Of a stretch of 64,000 nucleotides of DNA, positions 49,181 through 61,111 are shown one piece after another. How positions within the stretch are numbered: the first letter of the stretch is position 1; every line of letters begins with the position of its first letter. Both the position numbers and the translations under genes were made by a program. The stretch is from Squalus acanthias (Eukaryota), in NCBI GenBank assembly GCA_030390025.1, contig CM059432.1:104596001-104660000 (forward strand), written 5' to 3'. A model generated the notes under the pieces. That model was not told the origin of the DNA. It saw only the letters and a list, made by a program, of their open reading frames with translations, and did no database searches.

Positions 49181-52100
49181 TTAAATTTAATAGTCAGAAA
49201 ACCACAGAGGGTGCACAACTGAACTCCCAATATGCACCCCCAGTGCATGAAGCTCTGTGTCAGAAGCACTAAAGATGGAAATTTATGCTGTCCACTCATG
49301 GCCACATTTCACTCTGAACAGTGTCAGACAAAAACTTTTATTCTGGCTGTATTTGAGCTCAGTTTCCAGGGGTGAAGGAACAGCATTTTAAGTCACAGTG
49401 AGAGTCAGTTACAATAACACTGATCTTTAAGTATGAGCTGTAAAGTGGAACTGCTACAGAAGCTTGACTGTGCACCTGACAAGGCTAAAACTGAACAAAG
49501 TTATTTTCTAATGGAGTATGATTTCTTTTTAAAAGCTATTACTCAAAACTCTGGAACCTTAAATCTTCAAAGACTGTGTTAAAAGTAGCATACAAGAAGA
49601 CCATTGTTGTTCTGACTTGCTCATGGTTCTGCAGAAAACCTATCATCATCCTTACTCAGCACGATAATAAAAGCTTTAATTGAATATTGTTTGCTGCTGT
49701 TAACCATTGATCGCAGTTCATGAAAAATTAATCACGTTTGGTAATTAAATCTGCTATGTAATTAAGAATCTTCCACTGCAAAATGATAAAGGAGGTCCGT
49801 CGTTTTAATTAAAGATTTCGTTTTACATAAGTGAACTGAAGCAAGTAGTGTGAAAGGTTCCATTGTGTTAGGTTTGTTTTTTCAATTCTAATCATTGCAA
49901 GTTTAAACGAACATTCTAATAGAAAAAACCCAGAAATCTTCAAAATTTTAAATGATTCCTTTGTTTCTTTTCTGTAAATGGCTCACTTCATTGCACTATC
50001 CTGTCGATATGCAGTGCAAGAATCTTATGATATCGTATGATAGCTCATGTGACAATCAAAAGTTCAGACCGACTGAGCTGAACTTCAGTAGCTGCTATTG
50101 TCATTCTCTGTCTAGGCATTAATTTTCTGAAAATACTTTGTCAACAAATGTTAGAATAACGCAGGGCTGACTTTCCACCTGGAATTAATCTTTGCACTGA
50201 CTTACTGTTATGTGGAAAATCACAGTCAAGGGTTAAGTCACATTTGGACAGAATGCATGCCAATTTACCAAAAATACCAAAAATTTATCACATAGGAAAT
50301 CAGTTCTGCTGGTGGAGTAGAAACACTGATTGATTAATTACTTGGATGGGAGGTGGGCAGCGGATCCAATTACCTTTCAGCACATTGTAAATTCCAGGTA
50401 GTTATAAGTTAAACTGATAGGATCCCAACCATCAGCATTATGTGAAGCTATGAACATGTGGCATGCAGGCTTTTTGTGTCGGCTGCATGCTTGATGTTTG
50501 TTCATTTGCCACATTTCATGGGGCAGAAGGCAAATGCATTGACATAACAGAAATACAGCGTACACTTCTAAAGCATAGGCATTAGTGTGCACTTGGAAAG
50601 CAGGTGAACAGAAGGCATTCTCCCTCTGTGGCACTCCGTCAAGCTTAGAGTGAAGCTCTCTTAAGCTGCATTCTAAGGTAATGTAAAATTAAGCAAAATA
50701 TCACACAATTACCATGGCAACCTTTTGAAGACCAGCAAATTTCTATCTTGCCTACTCCCAGGATCTGGTCACAGGTGAGACAGCATTCACTCTCCTGTTC
50801 ACCTGCTTTCCAAGTGCACACTAATGCCTATGCTTTAGAAGTGTACGCTGTATTTCTGTTATGTCAATGCATTTGCATCCATCCAGGCTGTTCACATGCC
50901 ATTCTTTAGAAGACGATGCCCCGCCTCTCCAAAATGGACCACACTTCTCTCCAACTAGCAGGATCTTCAAAGGGTGCAATATCTTGCGCTTGATACAGCT
51001 ATTTCTACCCCTCTTGTAGCAGCATAGTTTTAAGGCGACCAGCAGATGTTTAAGATAGTTAAATCATCCTTTTGCTTCATGCACTGTGAGCTGAGATCAC
51101 TGCGATATTATGCAAAGGAACTAACTTTGCATTATATTGAAACTAAAAAAAAAAGACATACACAAAGTACATAGACAATAAAGGAGAGGATAATAAAAGG
51201 GAATACGAAGAGGTTAGGAAAGAAGTCAAAAAAACTATTAGGAAGGCAAAGGGGAACTACTAAAGTAAATTATCAAAGAATATAAAAAGAAATAGTAAAT
51301 TATTCTACAAACGCATAAATAACAAAAGGAAAATCAGGATAGGGATAGGGCCACTAAGGGATGCACAAGATAAACTCACAAGTAATGACAGTGAAGTGAC
51401 AGAAATATTGAATAACTACTTTTCCTCGGTATCTAACAGGGAGACTAACATGGTGGACATGACATTAGAAGAAGAGATCAAAAAAGATTTAAAGACATTT
51501 AAGATAGAAACTAAAAAGATAGGGAAGGAAAAAATGGAGGTGGGGTGGCAGTGCTGATTAAGGATTAAGGAAGACATTGTAGTGGAAACAGAGAATGTTC
51601 TTGAGGAGACAAGGACAGAATCCATTTGGTTAGAGTTGAGGAGCAAAAAGGGTATGATCACACTATTGGGGGTATTCTATAGGCCTCCAAATAGTGAGAG
51701 GGAGGTAGGGGAGAAAATCTGCAGGGAAATTGCAGAGATTTGCAAAAGCTATAGAGTGGTGATATTGGGGGGCTTTAATTACCCAAATATCGATTGGGTT
51801 AATGCTAGGGTAAAGGGAAAGGAGGGGGAGGAATTTCTGAAATGTGTTCAGGAGAATTTCCTTGACCAATATGTTCTTGGCCCAACTAGGAAGGAGGCAT
51901 TGCTGGATCTGGTGCTGGGGAATGAGGTGGGCCAGGTTGACCAAGTGTCTGTGGGAGAACACTTGAGTACGAGTGATCATCGTATCATAAGATTTAGATT
52001 AGCAATGGAGAAGAGCAAGGAACAACCTAGAATGGAACTTCTAAACTGGACTAGGGCTAACTTCAATGGGATGCGAAAGGATCTAGCCAGGGTAAAATGG

Positions 52101-52936
52101 AACCAAAGACTGACAGGAAAACTGTAACGGAACAATGGGTGATCTTTAAGGAGGAGATGTTCCAAGTACAGGCTAGGTACATTCCAACAAGAGGGAAGGG
52201 TAAGGGAACCAAAGCAAGGGCTCCTTGGATGACAAGGGGACAGAGAAGATGATGAAACAAAAAAAAAGGGTGTATGATGCATGTTAGGTGAATTCTTCAA
52301 GGGAGAACCAGACCAAATACAATAAGTTGAGAAGGGAAGTGAAGATGAAAATAAGATTGGCAAAGAGAGAATATGAGAGTAGAATGGCAGTTAACATAAA
52401 AGGGAACCCCAAAATCTTCTACCGGCATGTAAACAGTAAACGGGTAGTAAGAGGCGGGGTGGGGCCTATTAGGGACAAAGAAGGTGATATATGCTTAGAG
52501 GTGCAGGGCAAGGCTAGAATACCCAATGAGTACTTTGTATTGTGTTTACTAAGGAGGTGGGTGCTGACAAAATATCGGTAGAAGTGGAAAAGGTAGAAGC
52601 AATGGAAGGGGTGAAAATTGATAGACAGGATGTACTAGAAAGGTTGGGTATGCTTAGAGTGGATAAGTCGCCTGGTCCAGATGGCTTGCATTCCAGGTTG
52701 TAAGGGAATTGGGGGAAGAGATAACGGAAGGGCTTGCCATAATTTTCCAATCATCCCTAGATGCGAGGGAGGTGCCTGAGGATTGGAAAGTGGCAAATGT
52801 GACACCATTGTTCAAGAAAGGGTGTACGGACAATCCTAGTAACTTTTTAGAAACAATAATCAAGGAAAAAATTAACGGGCACTTGGAGAGGTTTCAGCTA
52901 ATTAAGGAGAGCCAACACGGATTTGTAAAAGGCGGA

Positions 52937-54820
52937 AATAAAAACAGAAAATGCTGGAAATACTCAGCGGGTCAGGCAGCATCTGTGGAGCGAGAAACTG
53001 AGTTAACGTTTCAGGTTGATGACCCTTCATCAGAACTGGAAAAAGCTGGAGATGGAACAGGTTTTTAAGCAAGTGTCTTCTTCTTAGGCAGTCCCTCGGA
53101 ACGGAGGATGACTTGCTTCCACATTAAAAATGAGTCCTCAGGTGACTGATGAGTCCAATGCGGGACCTACAGTCTCTGTCACAGGTGGGGCAGACAATGG
53201 TTGAAGGGGCGGGTGGGTGGGGTGCTTAGGTTGACGTGCGCTCCTTCCGCTGTTTGCGATTGGCTTCCGCTTGCTCCCGGCGAAGAGACTCGAGGTGTTC
53301 GGCGCCTTCCCGGATGCTTCTCCTCCACTTTGTGCGGTCTTGGGCTAGGGATTCCCAGGTGTCGGTGGGGATGTTGCACTTTTTCAAGGAGGCTTTGAGG
53401 GTGTCCTTGAAGCATTTCCTCTGCCCACCTGGTAATCTCTTGCTGTGTCGGAGCTCCATTTAGAGCACTTGTTTTGGAAGTCTCGTATCGGGCATGCGGA
53501 TGATGTGGCCCGTCCATCGGAGCTGATCGAGTGTGGTCAAAGCTTCGATGCTGGGGATGTTGGCCTGAGCGAGAACACTGATGTTGGTGTGCCTATCCTG
53601 CCAATGGATTTGCAGGATCTTGCGGAGGCAGCGTTGGTGGTACCTCTCCAGTGCTTTGAGGTGCCTGCTGTACATGGTCCATGTCTCTGAAGCATACAGG
53701 AGGGAGGGTATCACTACTGCATTCCCCGCTGGAGTGGAACTAATCTACAGAACAAACGGGAAACTGTTCAACCTCCGTTGCCTCCAGTCCAGATCCAAGG
53801 TCGTCCCATCCTCTGTCATCGAATTACAGTATGCAGACGATGCTTGCGTCTGCGCACACTCTGAGGCCGAACTCCAAACCATCGTCAACACCTTCATCGA
53901 AGCATACGAGAGCATGGGCCTTACACTAAACATCTGTAAGACAAAGGTCCTCTACCAACCTGCCCCCGCCATACGGTACTGCACCCCGATTATCAAAATC
54001 CACGACAAGGCCTTGGACAACGTGGACCACTTTACATACCTCGGGAGCCTACTGTCAACAAGGGCAGACGTCGATGCCGAAGTCCAACACCGCCTTCAGT
54101 GCACCAGTGCAGCCTTCGGTCGCTTGAGGAAGAGAGTGTTTAAAGACCAGGACCTCAAACCCAGCATCAAGCTCATGGTCTACAGAGCAGTTAGCAAGTG
54201 TAGGGACAGGGAGAGGGGGGAGGGGAGGAAAAAACAAAAGGGAAGGTCTGTGATAGGATGGAAGGCAGGAGAGATTAAGAGACAAAAGGGATGATGGTGC
54301 AAAGCAAAAGGAGATGGTAATGGGACAAGTTAAGAAACAAAAGATGGCTCTAGATGAAGTGTAAATGGCAATGGCAGAATGAAAGACAGCTGCCATGTGA
54401 GAGAGAAAAAAAAATGGAAAAAAAGATAGGGGCAGCGGTTATGGTCTGAAATTGTTGAACTCGATGTTGAGTCCAGAAGGCTGTAAAGTACCTAATCGAA
54501 AGTGCCTAAATCGAGCTTACGTTGAGCTTCATTGGAACAGTGTAAGAGGCCGAGGATGGTGAGGTCTGAGTGGGAGTGGAGCGGAGAATTAAAGTGACAA
54601 GCGACCGGAAGCTCGGGGTCAACCTTACGACTGAACGGAGGTGTTCCGCAAAGCGGTCACCCAATCTGCGTTTGGTCTCCCCAATGTAGAGGAGACTGCA
54701 TCGTGAGCAGCGAATACAGTATACTACATTGTAAGAAGTACAAGTAAATTGCTGTTTCACCTGGAAGGAGTGTTTGGGGCCCTGGACAGTGGGAAGGGAG
54801 GAGGTAAAAGGGAGGTAAAA
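52937..54820 (-). mobile_element. Penelope-like element 3' fragment (GIY-YIG, intact hammerhead at 53001-53037), split by an RTE insertion
   Basis: NVVYCIRCSRCSLLYIGETKRRLGDRFAEH; colinear with 8138-8828 once 53077-54201 is removed. Confidence 0.85.
53077..54192 (-). mobile_element. RTE-clade LINE with an inverted 5' segment
   Basis: (GAA)n-type tail at left; minus-strand VIPSLLYASETW...QLRWTGHIIRMPDTRLPKQVL; plus-strand LQYADD...KLMVYRAV at 53721-54191; 9-bp TSD AGCAAGTGT (53068, 54193). Confidence 0.85.
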
Positions 54821-54824
54821 GGAC

Positions 54825-55563
54825 CTCTAACAGGGCGCAAAGCAACTAGCGCCCGGGCGCAGTGCCACCAACGCCTCCTGCGAAATTCAGCGGGAGGTTA
54901 GCGGCGGCAGTAACTGGTAGCGCCCCACGGCGCTGCGCCGCCGGCAATGACGTCATCGCCGTGTGCAGCAACCCACTCGCGCCCTGGCCGCGATCTTCGG
55001 GAGCGCCCCCTGACATACCACCGGACGCTATGTCTGACGGGGTCGGGGGGCCTACCTGTGGCCGGGGCAGCGCTATTTAAAGGCGAGGTGCGGGGCGGCC
55101 ATTTTTGTTGCTGGCCGCCTGTCAGCACCTGCCTCCGCTGCCGTCCCCGGCCTCCTTACCCACCGCCCCCCCCCCCACCCGCCCCTGCAGAGTGCCGGCT
55201 GCGCTCCAAGAGCCCGGCACTTCTCTTGAGTGCTGGGCTCTTTTGCCAGCACTCCCAATCCCCAGGGGCCCAGCTGGGCCCTGGGTCGTGCTGTGCAAGG
55301 CCCCTCCCCTTTAAGAAGGGGAGGAAGGCCTGCAATACTGCGGCATGATGTGCCGCTGTGCGTGGCGCTGCGGCACATAGCGCCGTGATATTCCCTCGCC
55401 GCACCCTAAGAGGGAGGAGGGGCACTTCCAGTAGCGCCCCGCTTCCCTCTTGGGGCGCTACCACTCAATTTCCGTTGCGGGAGCGTGAATTTTTCCGGGG
55501 CGCTAAAAGTAGCGCCCCGGCGAAGTTAGCGCCCCAAAGGGGGCGCTACTCAATTTTTAGCCC
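54825..55563 (-). mobile_element. Harbinger MITE of the 12739-13440 family, inverted, one end truncated
   Basis: Reverse complement begins GGGCTAAAAATTGAGTAGCGCCCCCTTTGGGGCGCTAAC and follows 12739-13400. Confidence 0.8.
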
Positions 55564-56489
55564 ATCGACTCTATGACTAATCAAACTTAGAGAGGATAAA
55601 CCCCTGGCCCGGATGTATTGCATCCACGCATATTAAAAGAAGTTAGGGAAGAGATAGCAGAGGCACTATTACATATATATTAAAAAATTCAATAGAAAAG
55701 GGAATAGTGCCAGAGGACTGGTGGACAGCTAATGTTATTCCTGTATTTTAAAAGGGAGATAGAACAAGTCCAGGGAACTATAGACCAGTTAGCATAATGT
55801 TGGCGATAGGAAAGATAATAAAATAGATGTAATAGATAAACATCTAGAAACCAAAAATATAATAAAGAATAGTCAGCATGGATTTCAAAAGGGAAGGTCA
55901 TGCTTGACCAACCTTATGGAATTCTTTGAAGAAGTAACAGGGTAATGCAGTGCATGTAATATACTTGGATTTTCAGAACCCCTTCAATAAGGTACCACAT
56001 AGTAGACTCATGACTAAGGTCGGAGGATGTGGAGTTAGGGGACAAATAGCAGAATGGATAGTAAACTGGCTACAAAACAGAAAACAAAGAGCAGAAGTTA
56101 AAGGTATTTATTCAGACTGGTGGAAGGTGGGAAGTGGTGTTCCACAGGGATCGGTGCTGGGATCACTGCTGTTCATCATTTATATAAATGATTTGGACTC
56201 GGGAATCGGAAGTACAATATCTATATTTGCGGATGACACTAAATTGGGTGGCACAGTTAATACTGAGGAAGACTGCAACAAAATACAAGAAGACGATAAC
56301 AAAATTTCAGAATGGGTGTGTAAATGACAAATGAATTTCAATATAAGTGCGAGGTGGTGTATTTTGGTAGCAGGAATAAGGAAGCCACCTACTCCTTGGA
56401 AAATGAGAGTCTAAATGGGAAACAAAGCACCGGGGTTCATTTCTAGAGGAATAGAATTCAAAAGCAGAGAAGTTATGTTAAACTTATCT

Positions 56490-58902
56490 CGGACTAGAAA
56501 TTAGATAAGGCTCGAAAACGGGCGGTGTAAAGGGCTACCAGTAGAAGGCTCTGGCAGGAGATAGCTAACCACGTCACAGCCACAAGTGTTGTACCAAGGA
56601 CATGGATCCAATGCCAAAAGAAGTTCAATGACCTCACACAGCAGGTCAAGGTGAGTGAAGGCTTCAGCAAATGCCATATCCCACCATCTGCACCACAAGC
56701 CTCACACACTGCTCAAAGCACCACACCCCCAGCACTCACCTACCAACAATCTCTAGCAATCACCAGTCATATCTCACAATCAAGGCTTCACTTCACCCTT
56801 ACAGCCTTACCACTGCTTCAACACTCACACCCACAACTGACACCTTGCACACACTGACAGCTATTCAACTGTGGCAGGCACATCACCCAAACACATTGCA
56901 CTACGTGCACTCACACACTTCCCTTTCTCTTGCAGGCAAAGGTGGCACATAACCACCGGGAACAACGGCAGATGGGAGGCGGCCAAGCCGCTGTACAGAC
57001 CCTCAGCCTCTTGCTAACAATGACGGTATGTTCATTCCTAATCCTTCTTCTCACATCCCACTTCACCCTCATCCCACAATCTCTTCTCACTTACAAGCTG
57101 CTGATGGTGTATGCATGGAGATCTTGCTTTCCCTCCTCGGCTCACCACAACCCGACTCTTGTGCCTTTCTGCTTTTGGACACCCAAGAACTGCCAGCAGG
57201 CCAGCCTGTCGCTCATGCTGTGTAGGAGATTAAAGTAGAAGAAGAAGACGACACACTGTCACAGCATCTGACACTCGCAGACACCAGCTCAGAAATTGGC
57301 ACTGCGTGAAATGTAGAGGGTAGTATAGAGGCAGGATCTGCACACGGTGAGGCCCTGGGCACGAGTGGGCTGCAGCAAGGCCAGGTGGAAAGAGTAGCTC
57401 GTGGGCCAGCTCACCTGAGTCGAGTTCATGCACGAGTTCTGCTGCACAGGACTCAGATGATAACCTCAATGGGATGGCTTTCAGAAGTAGGGTGATGGCC
57501 ATGCACAGAGAAATGCTAGGTGCAATGACAAGCCTGCCAGAGAGACTCTTGTCAATATCAAGGAGCATGGAAGAGTTCGGATCCAATATTGGACGGGGCT
57601 TTGCACAGAGCTGGGAGCCCATGATTTCCAGGCTGGAAATGCTGGACAACTCCAGGAGAGACCTTGTGGACCCAGTAATGATGCTGTGTGAGATGGGCGA
57701 TGTTGGGGCTTTCATTACAGCACAGGTGGAAGCGACCCAACGTCTCAGTGCAGCACAGATAGCTCTCCTGCAGGCTCAGCTTGCTGCCACCCAAGTTCAG
57801 ACTGCTGCCATCATGGCTGGGTTTACGAGTGTGGAAAGAGACTTGCAGGGTGTCGCAGCAGTCCAGCAATCTGTCCTCCAACAGGTTGCTAGGGATGCTG
57901 AGGCACCGCCCTGGGGGAGTGGCAGTGGCTCTGTGGAGCACGAACCTGCTGTCTTCACTCAGGATGACAGCATTCATTCTCCCACCACTGCCACTCCTCT
58001 ATTGCCCCTGCCCTTGCCGCTGCCCATCAGTCAGCCAGCCCAAACTGCTGCCGCCCATGCCGAGGTGGTGTAGTCTACAGCTGGGCCTTCTCGGTCCACA
58101 GCTGGTCGAAGTCGTCCTGCAAGGCCATCTGTAGTCTCCCCCATGGAAACTCAGCAGCCTTCCACCAGCAATGCTGCAGCCACTGGGGAGCACTGCATAG
58201 CAGCACTAAAGTAGGAAAAGGCATACGAACAACAGGCAAAAAAGGAATTGCACAAGGGTGATTAGTTCATATTGTAATGTTGATTGAATTGAAATTTATT
58301 AATTTTGTTTCGAATGTTTGTTTTGTGGTGGCTCTCATTTCAGCTTTGTGCCCAGGAGGACGCAGTGATGTTCCGTGACAGAGGGATGGTATGATGGGGA
58401 TGTGGTGAGCAACGGGGATCTGCGGTTTCATTCATTGGAATCAGATTCTGATGAGGCCTCCACGGACAGCCCGTCTGCTGCCTGCCTCCTCCCTTCCTCC
58501 TCGTCCCCGTCCTCTTCCTCCTCCTCCTCTCCCTCCTCCTGAGATGAGATGGTCCTGCAATCCCTGGTGGTAAGGGTTGCGCCTTCATGATGGCCAAGTT
58601 GTGAAGCATGCAGCAGACCACCACGAAATGGGACAGCCGCTCCGGTGAGTACTGGAGGGCTCCTCCCGAGCAGTCAAGGCAGCAGAATCATTGTTTCAGC
58701 AGCCCGATGGTCTGCTTGATGATGTTTCTGGTGGCAGCATGGCTGTCATTATATGAGAGCTGGCCACGAGTGGTGGGGTTGCAGAGGGGCGTCATCAGTC
58801 AGGTATAGAGCGGGTAGCCCTTGTCTCTGAGTAGCCATCCTCGGGTTTGACGTGGTGGCTGGAAGATTGCTGGCACACCGGATTGGTGCAGGATGAAGGC
58901 AT
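56490..58902. pseudogene. Degenerate Harbinger C (Myb remnants on +, transposase C-terminal half on -), interrupted by the ERV
   Basis: RLWQEIANHV...RTWIQCQKKFNDL|gtgagt at about 56546-56650; ORF 57474-58073 resembles B Myb exon 3; minus-strand AFIL...GYP...[13 protein letters not shown]...VVCCMLHN at about 58500-58902. Confidence 0.8.
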
Positions 58903-59412
58903 TGTTGGAGGAGAAAATTATTAAAGAAATGTCGGAGAAGAAAAACTCATCCAGTTAATGAACTTTAAATTCGCTGACACAGGACTTTTCTGCAATGGAT
59001 TGGCAGTCTGCCTTGTCAGACAACGTTGCAACATACAGGGCTCGAGATAACACTGTCACATAGACGAGGCTGATCACATCAACTGTATCCTGACGTTAAT
59101 TGATTTACTATGCTTAACAATTATATACATAAAATTGATTGGATTCTAATGACTATCACATGCTCATGTGAGCACGATGTAATCAATGATGGATGTATAA
59201 AATACTGTGCCCCAGAGTGACTTATTTGAGAGGTCGGTGACTGCACGTGGGTGCATCAATTCTCTCCCAGAGCGCTCTGAATAAAGTGTACTCCCGCATT
59301 TAACCGTGTAAATTGGTGTTTGAGTTTTATTGCTCAGTCGGGCTAAGTCGGGTAGCGCGTCGACTCTCCTTCACGGTTAGTCCGCTTAAGACTCCGATTA
59401 GCCCCTACAACA
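58903..59412 (+). mobile_element. 5' LTR of an endogenous retrovirus (510 bp)
   Basis: TGTTG...CAACA termini, TATAAAA 59196-59202, AATAAA 59280-59285, PBS 2 nt downstream; begins exactly where the Harbinger C transposase breaks. Confidence 0.85.
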
Positions 59413-59414
59413 AT

Positions 59415-59432
59415 TGGCGCTGCGAGCAGGGT
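59415..59432 (+). promoter_or_regulatory. Primer-binding site, tRNA-Ser type
   Basis: TGGCGCTGCGAGCAGGGT is complementary to ...ACCCTGCTCGCAGCGCCA, resembling recalled vertebrate tRNA-Ser(UGA/CGA) 3' ends. Confidence 0.75.
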
Positions 59433-59776
59433 TACTGAGTACCGACACCCTGATCAAGTGTTAACGGGCTCAAGTAACCGAAAGAATCTGAGGGGATTTG
59501 CGAGAGTACACTTTATAGGGGTTTTTGGTCCGGGTATTCTCGGAAGGCAGAGGGGGAACCGTTGTGAGTATTCTGCATTACACTGTCAAATTTTTGGGCC
59601 GTAGGTTAAAGGTACAGAGTAAAACCTGTGATAAAGTCTGCGGGCGGTGCTTGCGAGATCCGGAACTCCAGGCAACTAGACACGTCGGTAAACGAGTTCA
59701 CGAGTCCAGAAGGACGGGAGAGTGAAGAGAGGCGGTGAGTGTTTACTGGAGAGTGTGATCGGAGAGCGGACGGGCG

Positions 59777-61111
59777 ATGTCAGGTAAGGACATTAAGATG
59801 GGGCCCCCGGGGTCCCTTATTAATAGTTACATGACAGATAGACGTTCGCTGATAGACAGAATGCAGAAAGATGGCTGGGATGTTAGCCAGTCATTAGAGT
59901 CACAACGAGAGTGGGTACGTAAGCAAAAAAGGGAGAAAACCAAGAAAACGGGAGTTCTTTTGGTACACCAATTGGCGGGACTAATCGAGCAAGTAGATAA
60001 GGTCCGAGAGACTGAGAAGGCCAAAAACAGAGAAATAGCAGATTTTAAAAAGAAGATAGAAATACTAGAGGGAATAAATCAAGAACAAAGTAGAATGTGT
60101 CCCGGAAGGTGGACGGGGTGTAACACAGATCCACTCCCCCCGTACGGACTTTCCGGACCAACAGCCCCAACTGAAGAAACAGTTGGGGATACAACAGAAG
60201 AATATTTCGCGGCCCCCGTTAAAATGAGGGGCCAGCCTGGTGCCGCCGGGGCAAGGGCGGATTTTCAGCCTTTTACCCCGGGAGAAAGACAACAGATTTT
60301 GAAAGACCTGGGGAACTTACAAACACGAAGTGCCAACACCAAGTTCTGGGCAAACCTAGATATGGTTTGGCTGGGACACAGCCTCCACCTGCGTGACGTT
60401 CATCAGTTGGTCCGGGCAGCATGTCCGGTCGACCGATGGCGCCTCACGCAGACCACCCCCAATCAGGCCAATACGGATTATAAGACCGGTCGATGGACTG
60501 AACAATGTCCATTGGCAGATACAATAGACCGACAACAGGCTCCCTTTAATCTGTTTAAAACAGAAATCCAGCGGGTGTTAGGAGAGGCCCCAACTAATTG
60601 GAGTAAGATAACGTCCTGTAAGCAGCAAAAGGGCGAGGGGGCCTCCGAATATGGAGAAAGGCTGTTTATTGTTTATGGAGAGTCATCAGGCCAACCAGGG
60701 CCGGCAAGAACTGACCCCGCTTTCATTCAGGCCTTTAAAGATGGCTTGTCTCCCGCACACCAGGCTATCATCAAGATGGGCGTAGTAACAACCAGGAATT
60801 ACGACGACCTAGTAGAGTGGGCTTGTGGGGTAGACGGGTTAAAAGCCAAAGAGGAAGGTACGGTCAAGGTTAAACAGGAAAGTGTAAGTGCGGTAAAACA
60901 GGCAGTGGGACCCAAGGGGGCATGTCATGGTTGCGGGAAGCCTGGACATTTTATTAGAGATTGTATGGCTAAGAAGACATGTACTTACTGTAATAAGAAG
61001 GGCCATACTGAGGCCACTTGTTTCAGTAAACATGGCAGACCTGAGACGACCCACGTCACCATGACCCCCGAAGAAAAGAGACAATATCAACAGTGGAAAG
61101 AGACACAGTGA
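59777..61111 (+). CDS. gag: Retroviral Gag, 444 aa
   Basis: LPPY and PTAP late-domain motifs, MHR-like KQQKGEGASEYGERL, two CCHC knuckles (CHGCGKPGHFIRDC, CTYCNKKGHTEATC). Confidence 0.9.
   Translation: MSGKDIKMGPPGSLINSYMTDRRSLIDRMQKDGWDVSQSLESQREWVRKQKREKTKKTGVLLVHQLAGLIEQVDKVRETEKAKNREIADFKKKIEILEGINQEQSRMCPGRWTGCNTDPLPPYGLSGPTAPTEETVGDTTEEYFAAPVKMRGQPGAAGARADFQPFTPGERQQILKDLGNLQTRSANTKFWANLDMVWLGHSLHLRDVHQLVRAACPVDRWRLTQTTPNQANTDYKTGRWTEQCPLADTIDRQQAPFNLFKTEIQRVLGEAPTNWSKITSCKQQKGEGASEYGERLFIVYGESSGQPGPARTDPAFIQAFKDGLSPAHQAIIKMGVVTTRNYDDLVEWACGVDGLKAKEEGTVKVKQESVSAVKQAVGPKGACHGCGKPGHFIRDCMAKKTCTYCNKKGHTEATCFSKHGRPETTHVTMTPEEKRQYQQWKETQ

Larger units (their letters stand above)
51150..56490 (+). 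mobile_element. CR1 nest: older CR1 (about 51150-51510, resuming 55577-56490) enclosing a second CR1 EN/RT fragment (about 51510-52935), a PLE, an RTE and a MITE
   Basis: APE motifs GVFYRPPNS, LDLVLGN, SDH at 51582-52127; the older copy's linker breaks near 51510 and resumes just before the RT-start motif at 55577; FADDTK at about 56230. Confidence 0.75.

Noticed and set aside
53581..54294. 237-aa ORF as a novel RT-containing gene
   Set aside because: A chimera of antisense RTE, the inverted RTE segment and PLE sequence created by the inversion.
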